A stretch of 63,374 bases of DNA, counting the filler, from Bacteriovoracaceae bacterium (GTDB lineage: Bacteria; Bdellovibrionota; Bacteriovoracia; Bacteriovoracales; Bacteriovoracaceae), in the NCBI GenBank assembly GCA_018649885.1. It is 4 parts of 4 records of this genome, joined end to end, with 100 filler letters (N's around TTAATTAATTAA, not from the genome) between each part and the next. Parts side by side here need not be neighbours in the genome. Positions count along the whole stretch, not along the records: positions 38,815 to 53,671 come from JABIHA010000061.1; positions 53,772 to 63,374 come from JABIHA010000117.1; 2 more parts are not named here. One strand, given 5' to 3'. Below the pieces are notes generated by a model that made no database searches, was not told the DNA's origin, and worked only from the letters and a program-made list of their open reading frames with translations. This document shows, in pieces, positions 48,856 through 58,463 of this stretch. Position numbers and translations under genes: made by a program. Position 1 is the stretch's first letter. Every line of letters begins with the position of its first letter.

Positions 48856-49219
48856 TGGTGGAGGTGGTGGGAATCGAACCCACGTCCAAATACCCAATTA
48901 GAATCGGCCTACGTGTGTAGTCTCAAGAGTTTTGGAGTGAGACGCTCCTATCTGGTTTTGTATTACCAGAAAACCTCGGGTGTTTTTTAACGAGTTTACC
49001 GACTGTTCTCGTGAGAGCTTTGTTTAGCGAGTGACTCACGACACTCTTAACCTACTTGTTGTTATTGGTGTAGGCCCCGCAAAGTCTGCTGTTAGGCAGC
49101 CATAGCCATTTGGTTTTCGCCAAATAAAAGTTTGGTCTCCTTTTTACCAGGACCGTGGAGACCAACCTGGACACGCCCGGAACCCTTCTTGATGTACCTG
49201 TCGAAGCCAGTGCACCCCC
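48856..49219 (-). ncRNA. ssrA: tmRNA
   Basis: 5' GGGGGTGCACTGGCTTCGAC; 3' GGACGTGGGTTCGATTCCCACCACCTCCACCA; acceptor stem with G3.U; tag ORF 49121-49092 GENQMAMAA-stop. Confidence 0.97.
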
Positions 49220-49333
49220 ATAGAATTATTCCGATTAATTTCAAAGAACTAAACTAAGATGGATATTACTATAATTTAAAGGGTTCGGGAAATTGTGGAA
49301 TGGGTTTGGGTGAAATTGGGCTAATATGTATGA

Positions 49334-49410
49334 GCCTGCGACTGGGGGAGTCGCCTCTAGGTGTTCCACCCGCATTAAAACGCTCCGCTGGAGCCTTTTG
49401 ATGCGGGTGG
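49334..49410. repeat. palindromic REP-like element / terminator
   Basis: CCACCCGCATTAAAA...TTTTGATGCGGGTGG long hairpin plus a GCGACT...AGTCGC stem. Confidence 0.55.
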
Positions 49411-50148
49411 TCATAATTTAAATTTCTCATCGTAAAATGTAGCAATTTTGCTTGTGATATTTGGGGATTTCAAAAAAACCTTGTCGAAAATTTCTGTGTC
49501 TTCGAATTTTTGATTTGAAGTAACAAGGATAACCCCTTTGGGTCTTTTTTTCATTACTTCGAGAATTTGGACCAGGTTAATACCATCAATTTCACCGCTT
49601 TCTAAACAAGTAATGATGCTATCAAAGTTTTCATTAAGAATTCTACCGAGGGCCTGATAACCGCTTTCAACGATAGAAACAAAGATCCCCTTTTCAGTGA
49701 AATATTCTCTATAAACATTGGCAACCACTCGAGTTTTTTCAACGATCAACACTCTGTGCTCGCTTGCGGAATCCAATTTGATTAACTTATCTAGCTTGTT
49801 ACGGAAGGCGATATCATCTGGAGGGTCGACCAACTTTGCATGCTCAAAAAATTCCGACAAAAGATCCATATACTTTAAAAAACTGTCCACATGATCTGAA
49901 AGGTCATCTTCTTTTTCACAGCAACTATTAAGGAAGTCTTCAAACACGTGAGAAATAGTCGTTCCCATCATTAGACCAAAGCTTCCACTAGTTCCCTTTA
50001 TAGTGTGCAATTCTCTTTTCAATGTATTTAAGGCCTCTGTGCTACCTGATTCATTTTGCAATGCCAAGATGCACTTTTCCACGACTCCAACTTTTTCTTG
50101 GATACTTTCAATAAACTGAATCATGATCTCATGAAAATCATTTTCCAA
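49411..50148 (-). CDS. Hpt domain + response-regulator receiver-like protein
   Basis: RELHTIKGTSGSFG (Hpt His); VLIVE...ESGYQAL...IDG..L receiver with atypical acidic pocket; GGAGG RBS. Confidence 0.85.
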   Translation of the reverse strand: MENDFHEIMIQFIESIQEKVGVVEKCILALQNESGSTEALNTLKRELHTIKGTSGSFGLMMGTTISHVFEDFLNSCCEKEDDLSDHVDSFLKYMDLLSEFFEHAKLVDPPDDIAFRNKLDKLIKLDSASEHRVLIVEKTRVVANVYREYFTEKGIFVSIVESGYQALGRILNENFDSIITCLESGEIDGINLVQILEVMKKRPKGVILVTSNQKFEDTEIFDKVFLKSPNITSKIATFYDEKFKL

Positions 50149-50262
50149 AATTCATCCTCCAAAGCCTTGTACTGTGCTAAGTAACCTCTTCGACTAACTC
50201 TGGACATAACTAAATTTAAGAATATGAAAGAGATATGCGATATAACCATGCAAGTCAGTTAG

Positions 50263-53200
50263 CTAAGGAGCACGCCTTTGCATTATTTCTCCCACCATAT
50301 ATGACTTAAACACAGACCTGCTACCCACTTGAAAGATATGATCAACCCCAAAGCCCCAGCACCTAAGAGCATTAGTTGCACTGACAGCACAACTGACATA
50401 AACATTACTATCAACTTGAATAGCATCATCTATAGGATTGAGGTCTCCCTTTAAAACCGTCATATTCAAGTATTGATTTGTACCGCTAGCATTATCACCC
50501 ATTTGGTATCTCAAACCTGTACCTGCGCAAAAGACTTGGGAGATATCGTCAATAACACATGTTGAAAAGAGACCCAGGGCCACATAAGTTGCCGTACCAA
50601 AATATGTGGGAACTGCATCAACCCTCATGGCCTCATCTGCTATTGCCCTCGGGTTTGTTGTCCCAAGACCTTTTTGAGTATTTACATTTGAGCCCCACAC
50701 CCTGACTGTACCATCAATTAACATGGCAACCGCATGGGAGTTATGTATTTCAATTTGAGAAATATTTGTCATATCGACATTGGGACCAGTCGAGGCCAAT
50801 ACTTTGGTGTCTGCGTAGTTATTTGAGGCCACATTATCATCACCATTAACACCATTACCTGTGGCCCCCCAGCAACTGGCAGTATCATCAGTATAAAGGA
50901 CACATGTATTCTTATCGCCCACTGAAATTTTATCAACTGTTGAAATATTTGTGACAACGTCTGATTTTACAAATTCAGCAAAAGGATTATCAACAGTTGA
51001 GCCATCACCTAGGGCCCCATTAGCACCATCTCCCCAGCACTTTGCATTTCCACCAGTGGTTACAATGCAAGTATGGTTATCTTCTGTACTAATCCAAACA
51101 GCGTCGTTTACAGGAATAGTTGACCCTGCATTGGCCCAAACTGTAACCGCGTGGTTCCTGGATATAGTGGTGTTGTCACCCAACTGATTTTGAGAATTGT
51201 CTCCCCAACACTTGACTGTATTGTCGGTAAACCTGGCACAAGCATGTTTATCACCTGCTACGATTTGGGCGACATTGGTTAGGTCGACTCCCACAGAATC
51301 CTCTACAAATGCAAAACTTGCAGTGGTTGCGGGCAGTGTATGAAGAACAGGGTTGAGATTATTTCCAATAGTTCCCCACTCTCCTCTTCCCCAGCAGCTG
51401 GCCTTACCTGCAGGAGTTCTAATACAAATAAAGAATTTTCCTACGGCAACTTCGGCGGCGCTAATATCTTCATAGGTTATACCAGGGTCACTTCCCTGTA
51501 CTTCCATAAAACCATATTTATCGTTAGAGGAGTCTCTAATACTTCCTAGGGTTCCATACCTACTAGCACCCCAGCATTTTAAAAATCCATCGGGGGGAAA
51601 TAGAGCACATGTAAAATAATCAAAACCATCACTTGCTTGTACTTTTGAGGCCCTTGTTAGGACTGTCGAGCCGTCACTTTTGAAAGCATATTTATCAGCA
51701 TAGTTTGAACCACCAGTCGAATTATTACCAAAATTCCCTGCAGTACCATTTCCCCAACAAATAATTTTCCCGCTTCCTTTTAAAACTGCACAAGTGCTTT
51801 CGCTCCCGACATCGATGCCAACAACCCCTGTCAGATTTGTTACCGCATCTGTTTTTACTATTGTTGCTTTTTCATTATCAGTTGAAAGTCCATCACCTAA
51901 TTTTCCGCTGGTCCCATCTCCCCAACACTTAACCAGACCATCATTTTGTGAAGCACAGGTATGCTTGGCATAGCTTCCACTTCTGAGTGTAAGACTACCT
52001 GTCAGGTTTCCGCCTAAATCATCCAAAACTTGTTGATCGGCGTAGAGTTGATCCGCCAAATTATTATTACCAAGGGCGTAATCTGTCCCTTTTCCCCAAC
52101 ATCTCACTGTGGTGTCGGCCATAAGTGCACAAGTATGATTATTCCCGGCCGTAATATTGTCGACCGCTACAAGATTTGTCGCTACTGCAGAGAGTGCATA
52201 TTCTGCATATTGATTATCGGCAGTCCCACCATTGGCAAGTCGCCCATTAGCACCCTCTCCCCAGCACCGGACTTCTCCAGTATTCAAGCGAGCACAAGCG
52301 TGATAGCCACCAAGGGCAATTTCTGTAACATCTGTTAAAGCAGTAACGGCGTCAGTTTTCACTTGAACCGCCTGCCCTTTGTCAGCATTAAAATTTCCAT
52401 CTCCAAGTTTATAGGGCCAGCTAGTTCCCCAACACCAAACGGTTCCATCAGTTTTAAGTGCACAGGCAAACTGAAATCCCAGAGCAACCTTATCTACACC
52501 GGTTAAATTGCCCCCTCCATCAACCTGAACTATTTGAGGGATGACTGCCATTGAGGTCATATCGTCGGCCACACCGAGCATGCCTTTGTTCATGGATTCT
52601 CGGCCGAGTCCCCAGCATTTCACCGTATCGTCCGTCATCACCGCGCAGCCCATATTTTTTCCTAACTCAAAATAATCAACACCAGTAAGTGCATTGGGTG
52701 AAACTGCTCCCACTCCCACTTTGACCTCTCCCGTGTTGTCCACATGACCAGATCCATCGTCAGCTATAATTTTATCTGCATTGACAACTGAGGCCGCCGT
52801 TAAAATAGTAGAGGTAGCAGGCCCGGCTACAATATTTCCAATGACACTTGCTTGGTTTCCTGTTGAGTCAAAAGTCCAAGTTGAAGAAATTGCCCCTTTG
52901 TAGTTACTACTGGCATCGTATCCAACTGCAAAGAGCTGCATCCCAGTTCCGGCCACAACATTATTGTCCACATTGCCAGTTGAGTATGCGACCCCTGTTC
53001 CATCACTTTTTGACTCCACTCTTATGGAAGCAAGTGCCCCAGCTACAATTTCAAAACCTGCACCAATAACACCTGTATCATCAGTATGAATGCCAACAAG
53101 AATATGAAGGACTGCGTGATCACCTGGAGCAGTAATTTGATCGGCATGAAAAGTCGCCGTGCTCTTTGCATTGTAGGTGTTTACATCACCTCCTCCACTA

Positions 53201-53670
53201 AAAGAGCCTTTGTCATTGGTAAAAGACCAATCAGCACCGGGATTTTCAATAAAATTTGAATCGGCGTCGTAGGCAGCAGCGTAGAGAACAATGTTATCAT
53301 CTGCGGTCATAGCATTGGTTTCTTTTGCGGCTCCACCAGATCCAGCAGCATCGTTGATCCTGACACTGGCCTGGGCCCCTGCTGCTATCTCAATTCCAGC
53401 TGCCACTGTTCCGGTGACATCATTGTGTGCACCAAAAGTAGCTCGCACCACTGCATGATCTCCAGGGGCAGTAACCACATCGGCGTTAAAGGTGACGTTG
53501 CTTACTCCTGAGACCGAATTAACACCGCCATTAAAAGATCCTTTGTCATTGTCAAAAATCCAGTCCGCATTAACATTATCGATCCAATTGGAATCGGCAT
53601 CGTATGAAGAAGCGTAGAGCGTATCTGTTTGGTCTGCAGTTAAGGTATTTGTGTTGAGCTCAGTTCCACC
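50263..53670 (-). CDS. large RCC1-repeat protein with N-terminal Ig-like repeats; 5'-truncated at gap
   Basis: Many H.CA....G.V.CWG....G.LG repeats; frame stays open up to the gap. Confidence 0.85.
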   Translation of the reverse strand, partial: GGTELNTNTLTADQTDTLYASSYDADSNWIDNVNADWIFDNDKGSFNGGVNSVSGVSNVTFNADVVTAPGDHAVVRATFGAHNDVTGTVAAGIEIAAGAQASVRINDAAGSGGAAKETNAMTADDNIVLYAAAYDADSNFIENPGADWSFTNDKGSFSGGGDVNTYNAKSTATFHADQITAPGDHAVLHILVGIHTDDTGVIGAGFEIVAGALASIRVESKSDGTGVAYSTGNVDNNVVAGTGMQLFAVGYDASSNYKGAISSTWTFDSTGNQASVIGNIVAGPATSTILTAASVVNADKIIADDGSGHVDNTGEVKVGVGAVSPNALTGVDYFELGKNMGCAVMTDDTVKCWGLGRESMNKGMLGVADDMTSMAVIPQIVQVDGGGNLTGVDKVALGFQFACALKTDGTVWCWGTSWPYKLGDGNFNADKGQAVQVKTDAVTALTDVTEIALGGYHACARLNTGEVRCWGEGANGRLANGGTADNQYAEYALSAVATNLVAVDNITAGNNHTCALMADTTVRCWGKGTDYALGNNNLADQLYADQQVLDDLGGNLTGSLTLRSGSYAKHTCASQNDGLVKCWGDGTSGKLGDGLSTDNEKATIVKTDAVTNLTGVVGIDVGSESTCAVLKGSGKIICWGNGTAGNFGNNSTGGSNYADKYAFKSDGSTVLTRASKVQASDGFDYFTCALFPPDGFLKCWGASRYGTLGSIRDSSNDKYGFMEVQGSDPGITYEDISAAEVAVGKFFICIRTPAGKASCWGRGEWGTIGNNLNPVLHTLPATTASFAFVEDSVGVDLTNVAQIVAGDKHACARFTDNTVKCWGDNSQNQLGDNTTISRNHAVTVWANAGSTIPVNDAVWISTEDNHTCIVTTGGNAKCWGDGANGALGDGSTVDNPFAEFVKSDVVTNISTVDKISVGDKNTCVLYTDDTASCWGATGNGVNGDDNVASNNYADTKVLASTGPNVDMTNISQIEIHNSHAVAMLIDGTVRVWGSNVNTQKGLGTTNPRAIADEAMRVDAVPTYFGTATYVALGLFSTCVIDDISQVFCAGTGLRYQMGDNASGTNQYLNMTVLKGDLNPIDDAIQVDSNVYVSCAVSATNALRCWGFGVDHIFQVGSRSVFKSYMVGEIMQRRAP

Positions 53671-53671
53671 A

Positions 53672-53771
53672 NNNNNNNNNNNNNNNNNNNNNNNNNNNNN
53701 NNNNNNNNNNNNNNNTTAATTAATTAANNNNNNNNNNNNNNNNNNNNNNNNNNNNNNNNNNNNNNNNNNNN
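53672..53771. other. assembly linker
   Basis: N44-TTAATTAATTAA-N44. Confidence 0.97.
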
Positions 53772-54068
53772 GCAATGTTTTTTAGATCATCAAATGACAT
53801 GTTAAAATATTGGCAGAAAAATTACGATTGGCCAAATAATATAAATGACATAGGGCCGCACCGGCAAAAAGATAGAAGGGCCCGACAACTTATTGGGCAG
53901 TTACCCTTTTGCCTAGCTGCTCAACCAAGTATGTTAATTTGATCAACACTTTAGAAAATATTTCATCGATTACTGAAACAATAATCTATCGTTAATTATT
54001 TCTACTAAGAACTTCACCCTATCTGAGTCCATAATTTAATTACTTTAACTTTTTAAAAAGGAGAGTCT

Positions 54069-54821
54069 ATGAACCGGCTAATTAAATTTTCTTTGTTAGC
54101 TTTTATTATAATGATTTCGCTATCTTTAAAATCAGATCTCTTTGCCACAGTACAAGTGCATTTAAACTTTGAAGATAATTACCAAGAGCTGACAAGTAAT
54201 AATATTAATATAAACGAACCGGATATTGCCAGACTGATCGAGGCTTCGAGTGATTATGAAAGTAAAAGATTGCGCAGTGACATTTACTCCAAGGAAGATA
54301 TTCAAGTTTGTTTTCTTCTTCACTTAGCAGTCGGAGATAAGAGATGGGACAGTTTTTATAATTTCAGCTATACAATCGATTCAATAAAAAAATTTGGAAT
54401 AATGAATGTCTATTGGGCCTTGCTGCAAGGTAAGACTCAAAAGGGAGACAAGTGGTACTTTCGCGCTAGTGATGCAGAGTATATCTCACAATATGGGAAA
54501 CGAGATGCTGGAGCAACATTAGTATTATATAAATATATTGGTGCTAAATACTGGGAGGCTCGTCGTGATCAGACTCAGTATGTTGTTCAATATGGACTCA
54601 GTAATGTTCGTTTTACTCTTCAAATATTTAAGGCTTTTAAGGATAAAGTGAATTGGAGTTCAAGGGCAGAACTTGCAAAGTATGCACAAAGTTATGGGGA
54701 GCCAAAAGCATTTAAGGCATTTAAAATTGCCCTGAAAGAGGTAAAAATGTTTCCATTCTTAGGAGATAGTAATAGCAGACTTGATGAAATTCTTAATGGA
54801 TTGGACTGGGATTCCCTTTAG
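54069..54821 (+). CDS. secreted hypothetical protein
   Basis: AGGAG RBS; signal peptide. Confidence 0.75.
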   Translation: MNRLIKFSLLAFIIMISLSLKSDLFATVQVHLNFEDNYQELTSNNININEPDIARLIEASSDYESKRLRSDIYSKEDIQVCFLLHLAVGDKRWDSFYNFSYTIDSIKKFGIMNVYWALLQGKTQKGDKWYFRASDAEYISQYGKRDAGATLVLYKYIGAKYWEARRDQTQYVVQYGLSNVRFTLQIFKAFKDKVNWSSRAELAKYAQSYGEPKAFKAFKIALKEVKMFPFLGDSNSRLDEILNGLDWDSL

Positions 54822-54825
54822 TTAA

Positions 54826-54865
54826 AATAGTTAATTGACCCACCTAGATGAGTCAATTAACTATT
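54826..54865. terminator. hairpin after the 54069 gene
   Basis: AATAGTTAATTGAC...GTCAATTAACTATT 14-bp inverted repeat. Confidence 0.5.
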
Positions 54866-54972
54866 ATCGGCAATTACCTTTATGCAGCGAGCAAACACTT
54901 ACTAGTATTACAAGCTAAGTACTCCCCAACTTTTGAGGCGACATCCCATAGGCCTTAGTCCATACTTACTCC

Positions 54973-55551
54973 ATGACAGATGACAACGAAGACAACAATT
55001 TAGATGATTTCCTAAGCGGCTACCAAAAAAGTAAAACCTACTCACCGATTAGCAATAATCAGCTAAGTAAATTCGAAACTTCATTAAAAAAGAATTGGAC
55101 GGGCCTTTTTCGGAAACAGGTTGACCTCGAAATTACCAATCAGACCCATGTTCAGTTCAAAGAAATACTAGCTAGCTCTCCCACCAACAGTGCATATTTC
55201 TTATTGGAAAAAAAAGGTGGAGCTCGTTCAAAAATGGTTATTCTTTGGCCTGAGCTTGCAATGGGCCTGGTTGATTTGCTTTTAGGGGGAAAGGGAGCAG
55301 GCTCTAGCACAACTCTTAATAGAGAGCTTAGCGCCACCGACTTCAATGTGCTTGATGGTCCAGTCGAAGCTATGAAACTTCTTATAGACACAAGCTTTGA
55401 GGGTTGGGAAAAAAGTGAGTCCATCAGGCCCTGCATTCACGGCTCATCATTTATTAACGGGATTATGGAGGCAGATGTATTTACTCTTCTCACCTACCGA
55501 TTAGAAATAAAAGAGTGCGGTGGTGAATTTCAAATAGCATTGCCAGTTTAA
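54973..55551 (+). CDS. FliM/CheC-like middle-domain protein
   Basis: LAMGLVDLLLGGKG...RELSATD...G.FQIALP; no SpoA domain. Confidence 0.7.
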   Translation: MTDDNEDNNLDDFLSGYQKSKTYSPISNNQLSKFETSLKKNWTGLFRKQVDLEITNQTHVQFKEILASSPTNSAYFLLEKKGGARSKMVILWPELAMGLVDLLLGGKGAGSSTTLNRELSATDFNVLDGPVEAMKLLIDTSFEGWEKSESIRPCIHGSSFINGIMEADVFTLLTYRLEIKECGGEFQIALPV

Positions 55552-56456
55552 TGATGTCCTTTTCAAATCAATATATCGGAGATGTTGCTTCTGTTACCAC
55601 CGCTCTTAGTTGGTCTATTGCCGTCATTTTGTTTCAAAGTATAGGATACAAGTACCGGGTTCTTGCTTTCAACTTATTTAAAAATACTGCTGCCATTGTT
55701 TTCTTTGGGGTAACTCTCGTGGTTTTGGGGGAGACCAGCATTCCCAATATGAGTGCCAGAGATTGGGGGATAATTACTTTTAGTGGAGTTTTAGGAGTGG
55801 CCTTGGGCGATATTCTTTTTATATCTTCATTAAATAAAATTGGGGCCTCTATGCAGGCCATTGTTGACTGTCTTTATTCCCCCATGGTTTTAGTCATGGC
55901 CTACTTTCTTTTCTCAGAAGTGTTGTCCCCAATAGATTTGTTGGGTGGTTTTTTAGTTTTAAGTGGGATATTTGTCGTAGGCTTTGAACGCGGAGGAGAA
56001 GGATCTGCAAAGTCTGCAAAATTTGTGGGAATTGTCTTTGGGGTTCTGTCTCAGTTTTTTACAATTCTTGCGGTTTTGATTAGTAGGGATGTCTTTCAAA
56101 AAGAATACTCTCTAGTTTGGTTAACCTTTTATAGATTCTTCTTTGGAAATATCACCCTCATTATCTACATCTTGGTATCTAGGCAAAAAGGACATTTTAA
56201 AGAGGCCTTTGAGCTATTTAAGACATTCGATTTGCGTGCTTGGGCCTCATCATTTTTTGGCCCCTTCCTAGCTACAATTTTATGGTTTACTGGATTTAAA
56301 TATACTATGGCCGGTAAAGCTGCCATCTACAATCAGCTCTCAACCGTATTCATTATTCTGCTTAGTACTTGGTTTTTAAAAGAAAAGTTGTCATTCAGAA
56401 AAGTGTTGGCCGTGGCCCTCGGAATAACTGGTGCCGTGTTGGTGAGTTGGAACTGA
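55551..56456 (+). CDS. DMT/EamA-family transporter
   Basis: About 10 TM helices in two repeats; FLKEKL motif. Confidence 0.9.
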   Translation: MMSFSNQYIGDVASVTTALSWSIAVILFQSIGYKYRVLAFNLFKNTAAIVFFGVTLVVLGETSIPNMSARDWGIITFSGVLGVALGDILFISSLNKIGASMQAIVDCLYSPMVLVMAYFLFSEVLSPIDLLGGFLVLSGIFVVGFERGGEGSAKSAKFVGIVFGVLSQFFTILAVLISRDVFQKEYSLVWLTFYRFFFGNITLIIYILVSRQKGHFKEAFELFKTFDLRAWASSFFGPFLATILWFTGFKYTMAGKAAIYNQLSTVFIILLSTWFLKEKLSFRKVLAVALGITGAVLVSWN

Positions 56457-57725
56457 GCTAAACTTGAAAATTGTAGGATTCTTTTTAAGATGAGTTAAAA
56501 TTAACTGTTTAAAATCTCTGTCTTCAATGCAAGGAAATTCGACACTAGAGTGACACAATTGTTCCGGGTGCTCAAGGTCCCTTATATCAAAATGTCCAAA
56601 GCCTTCGAATATTCCATTACGAATAAGGATGTAGCCTCTTTCAAAATGGTGGCGTCCAGTTGAGGTGGCCACAAAGTTTTCTGAAGGGTAGCTAAATTGG
56701 TCATTGATCTTATCAAGGATTTGATTTTTCATATCCTCTGACATTTTTTGATCGAGCATATATGTGCTGATCATTCTTTCGATAAAATTTTCTGCGCGAC
56801 TTTTGGTGGCAAAGTTTTTGATGGGGCTCGCTACTGCCTGCTCATTTCCAACTTTTAATTCACCGTTTGATATGTAGACGCTATAGGGGAATTTCAATCC
56901 CTTGGCGGCCCTATTAAAGGGAGGCCTGTGGGATTTTATTTCTCGGTATTCTAGCAGAAGGGCAATGAGCTCACTGCCTGTTAAAATGCAATCGATTTTG
57001 GCCACAGAGTTTTTAAATATCATCTTTTTTGGGCTTTTATACTCTGTTGCAAGGTGGGTCAGCACTCTTGATTTTATATTGAGGCTTTTTCCAATGTAGA
57101 GAATTTTACCATCCACATCTTTTAGGTAGTAGACTCCACATTCATCTGGAAGGTTATCAAGGGATCTTTTTTGAAGATTGGGGGGAAGGCATTTTAAAGC
57201 TGCACTACTTTCGAGTTTTCCACCACTTTTTTTATAAACCATTTCAAAGATCTTAGAGCAACTGATAGCATCGTCCATTGCTCGGTGATGGGCCTTTTGA
57301 GTTATCTTGAAATGATGGCAAAGCTTTGACAGGGAATAGCTTCTTAGTCCTGGAAAGTACTCCTTTGCCAGTCTGACAGTGCATAGGTTCTTTCTTTGAT
57401 AGCTATAACCCAGCTCAGAGAACTCTTTTTTGATAAAACCATAATCAAAGCGAGCATTATGGGCCACAAAAATCATTCCATCAGTTATTTCCACAATTTT
57501 CTTGGCCACCTCATAAAACTTAGGGGCATCCTCCACCATTTCATCTGTAATACCCGTGAGAGAGGAAATCATGGAAGGGATAGATCGTTGTGGGTTAATG
57601 AGAGTTGAAAAGCTATCAATCACTTTCTTCCCATTGTGGATTAGTATGCCAATTTCAGTGATTTTATTATCACCAGTTCTAAGTCCAGTGGTTTCAATGT
57701 CGATAATGGCAAACATGGTGGACAT
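56391..57725 (-). CDS. DEDDh 3'-5' exonuclease (DnaQ-like) fused to GIY-YIG nuclease
   Basis: IIDIETTG, VAHNARFD, HRAMDDA; LPDECGVY...ILYIGKS.NIKSRV. Start 57725 or 57716. Confidence 0.92.
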   Translation of the reverse strand: MSTMFAIIDIETTGLRTGDNKITEIGILIHNGKKVIDSFSTLINPQRSIPSMISSLTGITDEMVEDAPKFYEVAKKIVEITDGMIFVAHNARFDYGFIKKEFSELGYSYQRKNLCTVRLAKEYFPGLRSYSLSKLCHHFKITQKAHHRAMDDAISCSKIFEMVYKKSGGKLESSAALKCLPPNLQKRSLDNLPDECGVYYLKDVDGKILYIGKSLNIKSRVLTHLATEYKSPKKMIFKNSVAKIDCILTGSELIALLLEYREIKSHRPPFNRAAKGLKFPYSVYISNGELKVGNEQAVASPIKNFATKSRAENFIERMISTYMLDQKMSEDMKNQILDKINDQFSYPSENFVATSTGRHHFERGYILIRNGIFEGFGHFDIRDLEHPEQLCHSSVEFPCIEDRDFKQLILTHLKKNPTIFKFSSVPTHQHGTSYSEGHGQHFSE

Positions 57726-57818
57726 CTTAGTACGGTAGTGGGGATTTTGCGAGAAGATCTCTGGTGCTTGCTGCGTCTTGTCTTTGAACAAAAGTGCCCT
57801 TTTCATTAAACTAATTAG

Positions 57819-58463
57819 ATGAAGATAATTTACATCGCCTGTTTATCCCTTATTTCTCTCAACCTCTATGCTAGCATTGGTGAAAATGATCAACTGAAGT
57901 GGCGCGGAAGAGCTCAAAATAAGATGAGAGCGGGAAGTTTATCTGAATTTAGCTTTGTGCTGGATAATTTAACAATTTCAAAAAATGGCAATATTTCTAT
58001 TGCAGGCTCGCCCCCCAAAATTTTACAACTTAAAAAATTTAAAGGCTGCGCCGTTGTAACCGCCAACTCTATTACCACTTCTGAGAATAAGATATTTCTT
58101 GGCATCCAATTAAACTGTCGGCCCACTCCAGTGGTTAGCTACTCCTTAATTGACACTAAAAAAGGAGAGTTTGTTTGGAGTAAAGGCCAATATTCTTTAG
58201 GCCTGGGCCCAATGCTCTTTTTTAAAGGAGATTTATATTTAAATACTGGATCTGAACTGAAAAAATTGTCTACCAAAACTGGCAATGCCATGTGGTCAAT
58301 TGATGACTTAGAAAAAGAGCGTGGTATTAGGCATTTAAAGCGGATACTTGCAGAAGGTGATAGGTTGATTCTTCATCACACTATAGGGAAATATGGTCGC
58401 AGTTTTAGTGAGCTGGCGCTCAATTTAAAAACAGGTAGTGTCTATGTGGAGGAAGAGTATTGA
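57819..58463 (+). CDS. secreted protein with PQQ-like beta-propeller repeats
   Basis: Signal peptide; D.K.G..VW and KTGNAMW motifs. Confidence 0.6.
   Translation: MKIIYIACLSLISLNLYASIGENDQLKWRGRAQNKMRAGSLSEFSFVLDNLTISKNGNISIAGSPPKILQLKKFKGCAVVTANSITTSENKIFLGIQLNCRPTPVVSYSLIDTKKGEFVWSKGQYSLGLGPMLFFKGDLYLNTGSELKKLSTKTGNAMWSIDDLEKERGIRHLKRILAEGDRLILHHTIGKYGRSFSELALNLKTGSVYVEEEY

Larger units (their letters stand above)
42394..48870. mobile_element. integrative element inserted at the tmRNA 3' end
   Basis: Tyrosine integrase and excisionase at one end, tmRNA core at the other, ACTAC motifs near both ends. Confidence 0.8.

Noticed and set aside
42394..48870. Intact prophage
   Set aside because: No structural, lysis or large terminase genes.
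48856..48890. tRNA gene
   Set aside because: The T-arm and acceptor belong to tmRNA: the matching 5' end is 364 nt away with a tag ORF in between.
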